Assembly: GCA_951406725.2 (NCBI GenBank)
Contig: OX597815.1
Span: 142,104,001 to 142,168,000, forward strand
Length of the DNA: 64,000 bases
From: Octopus vulgaris
Taxonomy: Eukaryota
Reading direction: 5' to 3'
Shown here: positions 1-14,122 of the stretch, piece after piece
Layout of the letters: every line of letters begins with the position of its first letter
Position numbering within the stretch: position 1 is the stretch's first letter
Notes under the pieces: generated by a model
The model's database searches: none
The model's input: only the letters and a program-made list of their open reading frames with translations
Told to the model about the DNA's origin: nothing
Translations under genes and position numbers: made by a program

Positions 1-129
1 CTGGATATGAAACGTTATGCATATCGAAAAAAAAGTTATGAGTATGTGGCCTGAAGACTTTCAAAAGACATGAATAACAACATGAAGCGTATCCTTTCTT
101 GGACGCATGATCACCACATCATATCGAAT

Positions 130-765
130 TTCGAAGGGTATGCATTTTAAATCCTAATGAGCAAGAAAGACATTGAAAGCGTTAGAGTTCCAAGATGAAC
201 GAAAATTTAGATTGTCATATCCTGTGGACGGCATTACACATGTAATTAGCAGCTGCCAAAAATGTCATGAAAGTAGTACTTACCCATGAGATATGACGTT
301 GTTAAATAGCGGTATGCAATACCATTCTCAAAGAAGACTGTCCTAGAATAACTATAGAGAACATACTTGTTGTTGAATACATACACAAACATCAACACAA
401 GGAATATAAGTGGAACATCTCACTCAAAACATCTGTGAATTATAAACATATCAGACTGGATATTGTTGTTTAGGACAGAGCGGAAAAGTATGTGCCGTCA
501 AAGAGATCAGCTGACCTGCTGACGTTAGTATTTTTTGAAAACCAATGAGAAAGAAGACAATTATGGACAACTGCTTGGGAAAGTACTTCTATATCCAGAT
601 GGTATACCAATAATTATCGGTGCACTTAATTTTGTAAGTAAATGCTGATAATATGAAAGAGTTAGGGTTTTCAGAAAAATAAATCAGCCGATTGGCACAA
701 TACTATTTCAATCTGTAAGTTGGACAATAGAAAAAGGGAAGACTTTTCTCCTGTTTAAAATGTGA
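130..765 (+). mobile_element. Degenerate RLE-type non-LTR retrotransposon 3' fragment (R4/NeSL-like group)
   Basis: Broken translation gives ITHVISSC (zinc-knuckle end), MRYDVV (RHD motif) and KHIRLDIVV*D (RPD-type restriction-like endonuclease). It has many stops and frameshifts and is homologous to 55835-56100. Confidence 0.65.
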
Positions 766-921
766 CTTTGTTTTTGTTATCTACATTCCAACCGTGGAAC
801 TCTGTATCTGTGTTATAAAGCATCTCCTTCTTCAGAAGTAGAATTTAAATAATTCAAAACAGAAGAAAACGTATATGCATACACACTTGCATGCTGGCAT
901 ACATACATACATACGAATTTG

Positions 922-1034
<113 letters not shown>

Positions 1035-1780
1035 ATATCTATCTGTCTGTCTATCTTTCTCTCTCTCTATATATATATATATTGGGACGTTTCCATATCA
1101 CCTTCCAGCTTCATTGATATCCTCTTAGTCGTGTATCAGTATGTGTCGACATTTCTTCTCCGCATTAATTATACTCTCATCTCAGCCTCCTCCCAGTCCA
1201 CTGCACAATAACGCAGTATATATAAGTGTTCACCGTGGAGAATAATTGTTTCTTCTTCGATGATGTGCAACTTTTTCTTATGAAGAAATGATAAGTGACT
1301 GTGTCAATGGTACTGCTTCATTATCTCTCTCGAAGCTGAGAAAGACTAAATGGGTGTAAAATGAGAAGCATAATGACATTTTGTATGCCAAGGAGTGTGA
1401 CTGGTGTACATATGTATTCTGCGTTTTTGCGGTTGCGTTTAGCAGTTATTATTGGAAACTACTGTTAGGTGATGATATAATTTAATAACCAGAACAGAGA
1501 CTACTTCAAAATTGTTTGATACGTAGTTACCTGCTATAAGCAAATATTTAATAGTTGGTTGAAACTATATATGGTTATATAAAGGCACTGAACATAAAAA
1601 GCACACAGTTTCGATAGTGTGGAATATATATTCTTACTGTCGGAGTGTTTCTGAACGTAAAGAATTATAAATTAAAAATGTGAGGCTTAAATTGAGGCGG
1701 ATGTTACGTGTAAAGAGGTAGTGTGCCTGGAAATTTGAAATGTATGGAGCGAGTGTTTTGCTAAGTTTTAGTGTTCTAAT

Positions 1781-1900
1781 TCAAAAGCGTATGCTCGAAA
1801 CGTAAAATACTTTTTCTACTCCTGAGCGTTATACTAATACAGTTGTTTGTTTTGTACTCCACCTGTCTTCGTCTTTTGTTTTTTTCGTAAACTCTCCCTA
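1781..1900 (+). mobile_element. PLE pseudo-LTR 3' fragment with truncated hammerhead (AGC-GTAT-GCTC-GAAACGTA)
   Basis: Homologous to the reverse complement of 29940-30065; ends in (TA)n. Confidence 0.6.
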
Positions 1901-4900
1901 TATATATATATATTATCATAGGTTACTTTCCAATTTAACTCTCTCGATGTGATATGGATTTGTTAAACAATATTAATGGTTACTTTTCTTTATATTTAAT
2001 GTTACCGAGATATGTTTCCTAATAGCTTTACCACGAGGGAGGCTGTGTAGCGTATGTTGATGTGATGCATTTTGCGCAACAGTTTTTGGAAGAGATTTTA
2101 GGATTTCTATTTTGAAAACTGCATAATTTTATAAATATCATTGTTGGAAATGTCTGTTAACATGATGAAGATATTAAGTCAAATTATTTGCCAAATAGTT
2201 TTAAGAAATAGAAAGGAGGTGTGAAAGACTACGTTGCACAATTTAATTTTATAACAAAAAGATTTATGATAGTTTCTAAATAAGATTTTGAGGCACGTAA
2301 CTGCTGTTTAGAGAATGATAAGCTCGACAAAGTGATATATTTTTCAATAATTATATTTAATTTGCATTTAGAAACGTTTGTCTAACGTTTTGATTCATAA
2401 TCTTACGTTCGAAACATTATTAGAGTAGGAGTAGCCGGTGACACAATACACCATTTGGTTGCTATGCCTATTTCTACTTGAGGCTAGAAGTTGATCTTGG
2501 AGGATTAGAGCAATTAGAGTTACTGGAGTGAAGGTTTTTATGCCGAGAAGCATGCTTATTTTACTTAGTATTAATCAATATATATTTAACATTTACATTT
2601 GTAGATTTTTATAATTTTAAAAATCGTCTAATAGCACAACGCGCAATGTAATTTAACACGGTGTTCCAGCAGGGCCGCAATCAAATCACTGAAACAAGTA
2701 AAAGAATAAAATGATATAAGAATATACAAATATGATGCATTATATGCAAATGATTACAAAGTATGGCAGACGTCCAACCGGGAATAGATTCCTCGGTGGT
2801 ATATATAGCTAGTATATATATCTGTCATATATTCGTATGTGTTTGTGTTTTTGAGTGGGCGTGTAGAAACTATGGGCATACAACAACGAATTATATACAC
2901 TTATTAGTGTTTAGGTATCGGAAAATATATTGTTTCTGGATTTTATTCGTATTATTATGCCCAAGCAGGTGAAAGCGAAGTCCGTGATATACTACGAGTT
3001 CGTGTTTTTGTGTTTTATAGTAGTTCCTTTGTGTATACGTATTTGTGTATGTTAAGGTGGACGTCAATGTGTGTACATATGTGCGTGCGTGTGTGTGTGT
3101 ATATATATATACACACACCTAAATATATATATTGTTATAAATATTTATACACACACACACACACTCACACACACACATACACACATATATATATAAGCAT
3201 TATTATTTTAGTAGATGTGGATTTGTAGTTTTTATGGTAATATTCTGATAATATGCCTTTATTTATTAGATGCATTCTGGAACAATAGCCTCGTTAATAT
3301 ACGCGATCAAAGAGTGTTTGAACGTGCTTATCAATAGTCCACAACCTATTTACTGTTATATTGATTCAAAGCTACGGACTGTGAAGATATCATGAACACA
3401 ATACTTTTTGCAAATTCCAAAAGCAAAAGTATGTGATACCTATTGAACGGAATTTCGGGATACAAATATATCGTTTATAGTATTCTGTCCAAAATCTTTA
3501 GAAAATTCTAGCAAACCATTTCTGGATATGTGCATCTATCCATTAGCAAAGACTTTTCATAACGTGCATTTTCTGTATATTATATTTGTTTATTTATCGT
3601 TGTATTTCTAATACATTTTTTGGTTTATTATATAAAATCGAGTGTTAATTCAAACAGAATCGTTTAATATATTTTTATTTCTTCATAAGCTACACTTACT
3701 ATAAATAATTTAGAGTAAATATGTGTAATGTAGTGTCTCCATATTTTTGTTTTTGATTATGTTTTTTTTTTATCGAAACATACCGATTTATCTATTTCGG
3801 TTTCAACAATAAGACATTGAGTAGTGTTTCTACTTTAGTCTAAATCTCACTTTATAGTTGTTTTATTCCCGACATTAGATTGAAGTACAGAATTATTTTC
3901 AGTCTAATTTCTGCGTTAATGCATTTCCTGCATTACCTAATATAAGATACACACATTTCCATTTATTGGTTCTTCAGTTGTACGGAATATTACATAGCAT
4001 TGTTGTATTAAATTATATACTACATTTGGTTAACGCACTATTTTATAAAATTTTTTTCATAATGAACATACCTCTCTTGAACATGACTTTGCTGTTGAGT
4101 ATGGTTTTTAATTGCAATTAGTATTTTCACTAACCAATTTTTCGATACATTTTTGGAAGAATACTACACTAAATATTTTCTAATATATCATTCCGTTTTT
4201 AATTCATATAAAACATATTATTCCCGTACTGTGTTACTGACCGTAAAGATGATCACATATACACACGAACTAGTTTGGGAGAAATGTATATAAGTGAATA
4301 CACATTTAGATGGAGTCTGTATATATAGTGTATCTATATATATAAATGTATGGACAGTACATATTTTATATGTAACACAATAATATCTGTGATATTAATA
4401 AAAAACGTCGATGAGGTGCAATTTGAGCACTGTGCAGAAACATTATCCCTGATTATTATTGGGTTTATATTCAAATTCATTGATATTTTCGTTGTCTCTA
4501 AGTTACAGTATGTTTCTCATTTCATGAACTCAAGTTTTTCTTCCATTGTCTACATTATAAGATATAACCGAAGAGTATCCATTGATGGCTAAAACAAGTT
4601 CAAGTTATAAAAGCTAGAGAATACATTGGAAACAGTTATCTTTATATGTCTTTATCATCATGTGCACCTTGTGCCCAAACACAATCCTGCATACGCATGC
4701 ACACACAGAGGCACACACACATACAAACACACACACACACACTCACACATAATGGTATGATCGGAGAGACAAAAATAAAATCACTCCTAATACCTCTAAA
4801 GAGGTTAATGGCCACGCCAGTAGCATTGTTAGGTAAGGAATACAAGAGTAACTAGAACGAAACAAATAGAGGCAGTACCCTATCAAACTGCTGAAAAGAA

Positions 4901-5495
4901 ACATGGCCGTGTTATAGAAAACATCTGACTTTCTGCTAAGGAATCAGTTATATTTCTTCACAGAAGAACTTAGTCTACATTGCCTGAACTCAACCAGAAA
5001 TCCCGAATAGATATCTGATTATTCAACTTCGACTTAAGCCATTGAAGTCTGATACTGGTGTACAATAGACTTCATGGCGTTAACGTTATTACGCATTACG
5101 CAACCAAAAGCAAAGTGCTTATTCGGTCATGAGACAAACGCCTATACTTTCGAACTTTTTAGCTGTTCTTCAAAGAGATACAAAGGCACATATACATATA
5201 ACTGTATTTGCTACGTGAGTGAGTCCATGTGTGTCTATGTGCATGTTTGTGTATGTGTGTCGTTCTTGTGAATCTATCGGTGGGACATTTAGTAAATGTT
5301 AATGCATTACGCAGCTCGTATTACGAAACCTAATAAAATTTTAATATAGGGAATATAAATTTTGAAATTTTCGCTGTATAATGTGAAGCCCGCATACACA
5401 CACACATACACAAACACACATACAGATAATAACTTGGGTGTGTATGTAAGTATTTAATTTCTTATTTACTGGAAGGAAGCAATCGTACTTTTTTT

Positions 5496-6160
5496 TCAGT
5501 AAAATGAGCGAAGGTCGAAAGACAAATACTCCGAAAACAAAACAGTTAATCTCAGTCTTCCGAAGACTCTCGAATGGATACCCGTATTGTCGTTTACTTT
5601 GATCTCGGCAACCAACCATAAAATAATAGTTTTAAAAAAAAATACCCCTTCAAATACTTCGCTATAGTTTAGTCTTGTGAAAGCCTCGGAATTCATCTCT
5701 GTATTCCATTTCTTGGAGAGATTTATTGCTTTTTGACATTCAAAGAAAGCATGTTCTAAACAGACATATACCGACAAACCGACCTCATTTAAGTCTCCCG
5801 AAATACCGACCTCATTTAAGTCTCCCGAAATATAAACAAAACTTTCGTAAGCAATGACATTTTTGCCCTTATATTTCTTTTCGTTTACTAATACTATTTA
5901 TCAATACAAAATCTGCTTTCTGTTGATTTAACGCGATACTTTCTCTTCCTTAAATCCTATTTTCTTTTTCCTAATTCTTCGAGTAAATCCATATAATTGC
6001 TCTCTATATCTCCAAGAAGTATATCACTAAATCGGCGATGCCCTTCACCTGTTTAATACATCTTTTCTTGTTTGTAAAACGATTTTTAAACGCCTACATA
6101 ACCTTTCTGCCTATACTAAATCCGATATACTCATAACTACTTCTTAAGAAGTCCTTCAGC
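5496..6160 (-). mobile_element. Degenerate L1/Tx1-like LINE ORF2 C-terminal fragment
   Basis: ORF 5496-5777 contains LEHAFFECQKA, resembling the E-H-FF-C end of the L1/Tx1 CCHC motif. A perfect 27-bp tandem duplication lies at 5778-5831. Confidence 0.4.
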
Positions 6161-7104
6161 CAAAAGTAGAATGCATATTTGAATTTACTACTACAAATTC
6201 TCATGAAATCTTTATTTTAACATTTCTTCATATCTTCTTTTTTCTGCAAATATGAAACTAAGAAGACATTGCAAATTGAGGGGTTCAAACTGTTTATGGT
6301 TTATTCTAGTTGTCCTTGATAAATTTAAAGGAAAGATTCATATTTAACTACATAAACATATGAACATGAAATGCAGATACAAATATTGTAAATAAGAGAT
6401 AATAAAAAGAAAAATCTAGGACATATTCCTATATACTTAGCGTTTGCATTAAAACGATGTTACAATATTTTAATTAATTTTAATGAATTAACAGTAGCTT
6501 TGCAAATTCGGTCCAAATATCATAAAGCAATTTAGTTAGTATGCAATGTATTTTAAGTGTATCATAGTTGCTGCAATTAGTTGTATAATATCAGCTTCCT
6601 TCAAACGATAAAATTACTGACTGCAAAGAATATTTAGATGAGTAATCCTGTAAAAATTTTGAAGCCATACTTTGGCAAATCTCATATAGTGATAAACATT
6701 TTCCTATAACATGTCGCATTGAAATATATCCAATTTTCAGCCCTCACTCGAAATATATTTTTAATGCATAACGAAAATTACTAAGCCATACACATGCGAA
6801 TACACTCTGCACACGAGAGTGTGTGCTGCAAGCATATGCATGCATATGAGCACTTGATTCTTACTGCTAAGCTTTCTGAAGCAATTTGAATTATATTGAA
6901 GGAAGACAGAAAAAGTGATATAACAACAATAAAATATTAATTATGAATGAGAATCCATATATTTCCAGATATTTTGGTCTTTGTTATATTGTTGCTGATA
7001 TTAGAGTTATATGACTTAGATTAACATACGACTATCCATATCTTTCTTTTCTTCCACATATTTTATTCTCCTTTTAATTTCCTCTCTCCTTTTCTTCTGT
7101 AAAC

Positions 7105-7142
<38 letters not shown>

Positions 7143-7700
7143 GAGTGAGCGAGCAGAGCATGCCATCAAAGTGACACTGGGGTAAAATATACGAAGCCCA
7201 ATATACCCATCATGACTACCCGTCTGATAAGGGTACACCAGGCACATGCATCACAACCATATGTGCGCGACATGGTGATCTCATATCAAGATAAACAGCA
7301 CATGACCTTGCAGGTGGAGCCCAGTTAGAATTTTCTTCAGATCGAGTAACCCATCCCGCTCAAAAGGTCCCTGAATAAGGGTTGTTTAAGGATGTTGAAA
7401 GAACCACCCATGTTTCCAGAGGTGAATTATTCAAACCCCAAAGAATCCTTCTCAACACATGGCTATGATGCTCCCCCACTACTTCTGCTCGTGATCAGAG
7501 ATGCACATATCGTCAGCCACTAAGGGACATGCTCAACTGGTTAAGGTCAAACAACTGACAAGCAAATCTGTGGTATTGAGCAGAATATTTGCTGTAGCCC
7601 ATCTTTTATACCAAGACAAAACAATGTACATGATAACACTTCCAACCAGTTAAGATCAGAAGCCATGAGAGCCACTGCCTGGTACTGCATCAGGGCATTT
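7143..7700. mobile_element. ~560-bp non-coding interspersed repeat embedded in (TTA)n
   Basis: Flanked by (TTA)n on both sides; a diverged colinear copy lies at 23659-24170. Confidence 0.75.
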
Positions 7701-7708
7701 ATTATTAA

Positions 7709-7775
<67 letters not shown>

Positions 7776-7788
7776 AATGATGATGATG

Positions 7789-7861
<73 letters not shown>

Positions 7862-7990
7862 TAATAATAATAATAATAATAATAATAATAGGAAGAAGAA
7901 GAAGAAGAAAAAGAAAAAGAAAAAGAAGAAGAAGAAGAAGAAGAAGAAGAAGAAGAAGAAGAAGAAGAAGAAGAAGAAGAAGAAGAAGAA
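7701..7990. repeat. Compound microsatellite (TTA)n-(TAA/TGA)n-(GAA)n
   Basis: Direct reading. Confidence 0.98.
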
Positions 7991-10900
7991 TATTGCTATT
8001 ACATTTCCTGCAGAATGCGTTAGATGTGTTTCCGAACACTATGTCTTCTGGAAAATTATTTGTTTCAACGGTTTGTTGCAGTTGTTGTAGAAGATTCGTT
8101 GGAATTAATTGCTGAGAATACGATGTACTTTTTACTACAGCTCCCTGGTCGTTTTGTCCCGTAGGGGGCAATATTTTTCCCCCACTACCACCATCACCAA
8201 TAAAAAAAAGTAATGCTCGTTTCATGTTTAGAAGCAAAGTCCATCTTAATATTTTGTCGTCCAAGGAAGAAAGGACGGCCTTACCACTGACAAAACAGCC
8301 ACTGCTATACCAACACCAACACGTCAAAATGCACAATACCAATGATAACGGAGGTGAGGAGGTATCTATGAGATTTTGGGACAACTGTTGCATTTACTCA
8401 CTTTAAACCTGAAATCAAAATCCATATTACCACTTCATTTCTATTCATACCTATATATTTCACGTGTAGTATCACACGCAAACATAATTTCTCTACTTAT
8501 CTCGCTCCCTATATCCCTGCAGCATAATCTGCAGCCCAAGAGCCGGTAATAGCAGCAACAAAGGTGACAGTAAGCAGAAACAGCCGCAACAGCAACTGCA
8601 TTAGTAAGAGTAACATCAGCCACAACGACAATACCACCACAATGATCATCACCAACATCAACAAATTTCATATTTGGACAGGCCACACCGCTTTTAGAAA
8701 TACATAAGTCACATCTTTCATAATAGGCTTGACATAAATATGTGGCTGGTCTTCTTGATTTCCGCTTACTTATATTCGAGAATATAGTTACTGTGTCATT
8801 ACCAGGGACTATTTTTCTTGTATGCTTTAACTTCACCTTTTTTTAGTATTTCATAGTGCACTGGTAGAACTGTCTTCGGGTGCATTATGTTTCCATACAA
8901 TTGTCATACCTGCAAATGTAATTTTCTCATGGTTAAAACTGATCAGTAGTTTACAATTTCGTTAGATGTCTATTCCTATTCCGTCTGCTATATTAATTTC
9001 AAACCCAAATTTTAGCTTAGTTTTTGCATATTTCACAAGTTCTGACTTCGTATCTTTTTTCTCTTCAAAATAATTTATTATTACAGACTGTAGTCTGTGT
9101 TCTTTTGCATTACTTCAGTGAGAAAATACTTTATTTTGATTGTTTTAGCAAAATGTATGTATTAGATTGCAACTTTTCTTGACTATGCAGTCTTGCATAT
9201 GAACATTGAATGTTCTATCATTGTCTCAAACTTCATTTCATATATTACCTACTGTTTTGTATTGATGACAAATCTAATTTTTCAGTTTCATATTTTTCTG
9301 TAGTTTTTTAGTTTTATTTTATTTTCTCTCTCTGTCTTGTGCTATGTCATTTATCGTCAAGTTGAAGATAATAAAACTGAAGCTTATTTTAGCGGGATAT
9401 ACAGCTTTGATAGACACTACCTTACTTTTTGTATGTACCTGGGTGTTTGGTCTAATTCTCATGTTCTTTTTGTTTTTTTGTTTTTTATGTTGAATGATTT
9501 TTTTGATTTTTAATTAATTTTTTTCTTTCTTCAAAGATATTTCACACTTATTTTCATCAGAATAACGCTTTACCCACTTACAAAAATAAAAATAAAAGAA
9601 TAACAAATAAGAAAACACATTAACAATATAGTCGTATCTACACTCAACCGAATCCCAGCAGCCCCAACACCACTACCACCAAAAATAAACAAATAAATAA
9701 ATAAAAGATGTATAGTCACGGCTGAAATACGTTTTATCATGATCTACTTGACTAGGTTCACCTAGGAGAAAACATTAACAAGCGCACAGACGTATGTAAT
9801 CAATGAATGTAATATTATGTCATGAAATTTATTTACATTATGATATTATTTGTATTGCGTTCAGTGTTTATAATATGGCAAAAGTATATATTAATACTCT
9901 GTTTGCTATAAGTAGATGTCATACATTCTCGCAGGTGAAATCACTCCTTTTACACTATTGAATATTTATCGTGGTCTTTTAAGCACCTGTAAGTTATTAT
10001 CAACATAAATATCCAGAAGTCTACATAGTTCTTATATATAGTAGCCTCGAGAAATAAATTGTGTTTACGACTGCTATATTTGACTTGAAACTTTAGAGAA
10101 ATCGGAAAGTTTTATCGATTTAATGTTTACCATCCTTTCATATGTAAGAAACGCCATGATTGTCTTGCACTGTAGGCAATATCCGGTATTGGATATAACT
10201 GGTGATGGTCTGTGTTTGGCAACTATTACTACTAAGTTTTACAGTTCACGGGGAAATCGATGAGTTCAATTGGTGTGAGGGTTGTAGAATCTAAACTTTC
10301 GGATATTCAGAATCAAAAATACAGGGAAATATAGAGAGAGGGTGAAAACGATGTACAGAGACCGATAGAAATAGAGAAATTGTACATGTTCTGACACTAT
10401 ACATGAATTACAGGAGAAGGAATAGATGTGAAGTGATAATATGGTTTGTGATTTGAAATGTGAAGTGAGCGAATGCAAGTTTGCCCAAAATCTCAAACAT
10501 ATCTCAACACAAACTTGCAGAGATTATTGTTTACAGACTGTTTAAATATCGATACTTAGTAAAATGTATAATTGTTTCCGTTGTATTTCTATTGTATTAT
10601 AGAGTAATTATTACTAATATCATGAAATAGCGAAGTTAAGAAGACAACGCTGTATTCCTAAAAATGTCCTCTCCCTTAGAAAACAATTTCGATAAAATTT
10701 TCGTTCAGAAGAGGAGTATATTGCAGCTGAACATTATGAGACTCAAAGCTTTGTAAATTACAACAAATGATAAACGGAAATTCTAAAACATCCCGTTCAA
10801 GAGACCGTTTCCTCAACTTGGTAAGACACTTAGTCTCTCGTAGAATCCAGTATAGTGTAAGCAGCGAGGGAACGCTAGAGTCTGATGATAGCTCTTCATT

Positions 10901-11599
10901 TATTCAACAATCTCACAAGCGCTGAAATGCGCCAAATTTAATGCCATTCTATCTGACACTAACTTATGCCAGAGAAGCAGCAAAGGAACGAAGAAACAAA
11001 ATTAATTATACACAATATTAAAAAATAACCTTTTTGAGTAGGAGAAAGCTCCAAGTCATTTAAACATCGTTAAACATCACTGTCATAATCCTGCTGCTTA
11101 CAATGAAACAGGTGTTGAGTAGTTGTACCTGAAATTAAAGAATTGGCAAACTGTGATAATAGAGACGTAAAATTTTAATTAATTTTCATCTAATTATTCT
11201 GATGCAAAAACTCTTAACTGTGTAATGTTCCAATGAATTTATACGCATATTTCTTGCTCAGCGACTACAATGCTATTGGTAAATATTTATTGATATCCCA
11301 AACTTTGCACTTCCTTTAGTCACATTCTTGTTTCATTCTCGTTTCTTCTATCTGCGAATATTCCATTTTCTGTGTGTGCGTGTTATTACTCTTATTTCTC
11401 TAAGTTCTAGATTACCCGTCATTATAATTTATACCTGAAATACGCTTTTGTTTCTGATAGTAGACAAATGTATTCTTCAATGCATGTTTAAAACGTTTAC
11501 GTGAGAAATTGTCTATATTTATATATATGTGTGTGTACGCGTGTTTGTGCTTGCGCAAAAGTAAAGTTTCTTTCTTGGGTCATATCGATACATAAGAGC

Positions 11600-11813
11600 T
11601 GGTGTCTTGGTTCTTGTGCCGTATATAGTCTCCACCTGGACGTGATGCCGCTCTGTCGCAGGATTGCTTATGTTGGCCAGATGAGTGAAATGGAGCAGCA
11701 TGAAATGAAGTGTTTTGCTCAAAAACAGAATGCTTCGCCTGGTCCAGGAACCGCAATCACAATCTGAGGATCATGAGACTAACATCCTAACCACTAAGCC
11801 ATGAGCCTTCACG
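11600..11813 (-). mobile_element. tRNA-derived SINE (family 3), degraded
   Basis: Minus strand reads TGGCTTAGTGG (A box) and then TTGAGCAAAACACTT; similar to 17931-18232. Confidence 0.65.
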
Positions 11814-12526
11814 TGTTTGTATGTGTGTGTGTGTAATTGATTATACGTAATTAAGGCTGAAGTGCTTTGTTATTAAACTTTGTGACAAGAACATACACTT
11901 CCACTACCCAACGGGCTTCTCTTATTTTTCTGTTTTAAACTTAATCTAACGTTTGTAATTAAACTGCTATAATTTCGCAAATACAATTTCTGTGACGTAA
12001 CCGAGGAGAAAATATGTTATGAATCATAACTGCGAAATAAGTGAAATATATAACATTGTATATATAAATAAATCAGTCAGTAACTCATTAAATAATCAAA
12101 CTTATTTCCATGCGGTAGATATATTTTAATATTTGCAAACTTCTTACTGATCTGCTCTAGGTCTGGTGTCCAATCAACAGACTGGTGTGAAGCAATTTCT
12201 TTTGAAATTTCTTGACGTTTACCTGCACATTTATGTTTAATATAGCTAAGAGATAGCGGTAAATAATCGAATAAACGAATTTCCTATCTATTTTCTTGTA
12301 GACAATTTGGTTTATCCAATAGAATTCTTTCAGTGTTTTGAAAATGCAATTATGCTGATTAGATTTCCTGACAAACAGATAAAGCTTTACTATGAATCAT
12401 TGTCCTTATGTTAAATGAAATTCTGAACCTTCGAGAAACTTAAATGATGTTTCGCGGATGTTTCATCTGCATTCTATAAGTGTGTCGCCTATGAATATAA
12501 TTAGACCTTGTTGTTATTTCTTCTTG

Positions 12527-13568
12527 TTCGAAGTGATCGAGACGAAAAGGATCGCTTGCATACGACTCGAGTTGCCGTTCGGAGTTACGTACTTAGTAGA
12601 ACTGCGATCTATTGAGTAGTAGTTAGTCATAGTAATTCGGAGCGATCGAAGGCGACGATATCGACCGCGAGTGAGTGTCTGTGTGTTAGGCTCGTGGCCG
12701 AGGCGGCGGTCGACGGTTAACGAGTTCTAGGTCGTCGTAGTCAGCGGCATCGAGCACGAGTGCGTGTGCCAGGCGGCCGGTCGGCGCTCGAACACGATCT
12801 CTGCTGCTCCGAGTCGGTTGCGAAGAAGACACGCGTCGTACGAAGCTCGTGCAAACGGCAGGAGTAACTCAGATTCGGCGCATTGAGTAATAGTCAGTTG
12901 TAGTAGTTCGGAACGATCGAAAGGTCGTCGTCTCGGCGGCAGCGATATCGACCGCGAGAGTGTATTTCCATGTGTTATGCACGCGGCGGAGGCAGAGGCC
13001 GACGTCTAATGATTATTCCGACGGGGCCGTGGCTGCGTGGTCGTTACCACCGCTCGTTATCCCGGCATCACTGCTTTGGCGCGTTGTCGCCGCCGACGCC
13101 GGCGACGACCGTTATCGCACACGTTCGTTGACCGCCGTCCGGACGCAGTTCGTAGCAGCCGTTTGGAAAGGCGATCGCGCGCGCTCGGGCACGGGTCAAG
13201 TTGAGAAGCAGCGGGTCCGCTGCACTTCGCGTCCTTGTTCACCGTCCGCTGCCGCGTCGCGCGCTGCTGCTCGAAACCGGCCCACTTGCTTCTTCTTCGA
13301 CCCGCACCAGCGCCCATCCTTCCACAGCGGCCCGGTGTGCGATAGTCGGAGCGTAAACTGTTTCCTCCTCGTCGGACGCGCGTATACGAACGGCCATCGA
13401 CTGGACGAATCCCGAGCGCTTGCCAGATGGCGGTGGCCGATTCCGATTCTCGCCGTTCCCCGCGTGGTGGTGGCGGTGGGGGTCGTCGCTTGGCTACGGC
13501 CGCGTACCGACTCGCGGAGAAAAAAGAGGCTCTGCTCGCTGATCCGCATCGTCAAACGATCGCGATGA
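12527..13568 (+). other. GC/CpG-rich 5'ETS/spacer-like segment of an orphan rDNA copy
   Basis: Abrupt GC rise directly upstream of the 18S start, with two diverged sub-repeats (~12605-12730 and ~12878-13020). Confidence 0.65.
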
Positions 13569-14122
13569 TATCTGGTAGATCCTGCCAGTAGTCATATGCT
13601 TGTCTCAAAGCTTAAGCCATGCATGTGTAAGTTCATGACGTAAATGAATGGTAAAACCGCGAATGGCTCAGGAACTGAACCTTATCCTCGGGACCGTATT
13701 CCTCACCGCGAGGAGAGTCGATGACAGTGACAATTCTAGAGCTATTACATGCAACCGAAGTCGCGATTGTATGTCGCACCCGGGCGTCGGGTCGAAAAAC
13801 GGCGTTCGGTAACCGCCTCCTCTCACCATCGGCACCAGCTCGGCTGGTCCAGCGCGGCGTACATACGCATGCCTCCCGATCGCGACAATGTGGTCGGCCT
13901 TCCCTATTGTCCGCGTCACAAATATTAGACTGAGACCGACGCATACGTGCCGTCACAACAGCCACAACGCTCCGAGCGGCTGGCGTCGTCGAGCGTCGTC
14001 GTTCGCGTTCGTGAACGCGTCCACTTCCCGGTAGTTTCGGCCCGCATGCTTCCTCCGAGGGTGCTCTTCGCCGAGTGTCCGGAGCGGCTGGTACGTTCAC
14101 TGTGAAAAAATTAAGCGCAGGC
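13569..14122 (+). pseudogene. 18S rRNA pseudogene fragment (5' end through V2, joined to V4)
   Basis: TATCTGGTAGATCCTGCCAGTAGTCATATGCTTGTCTCAAAG matches the eukaryotic 18S 5' end. Also present are ACCGCGAATGGCTCA, AATTCTAGAGCTA and the V4 motif GGTGCTCTT...GTGAAAAAATTA. Invariant positions are substituted and the interior is deleted. Confidence 0.9.

Noticed and set aside
3940-3985. Minus-strand CTGAAGA...GAAA..TA
   Set aside because: Stem I cannot form; chance or too decayed.
9530-9565. Minus-strand CTGATGA...GAAA
   Set aside because: No convincing stems I, II or III.
8700-9600. Possible PLE or LINE N-terminal coding remnant on the minus strand
   Set aside because: Coding-like composition but no motif I can assign with confidence.
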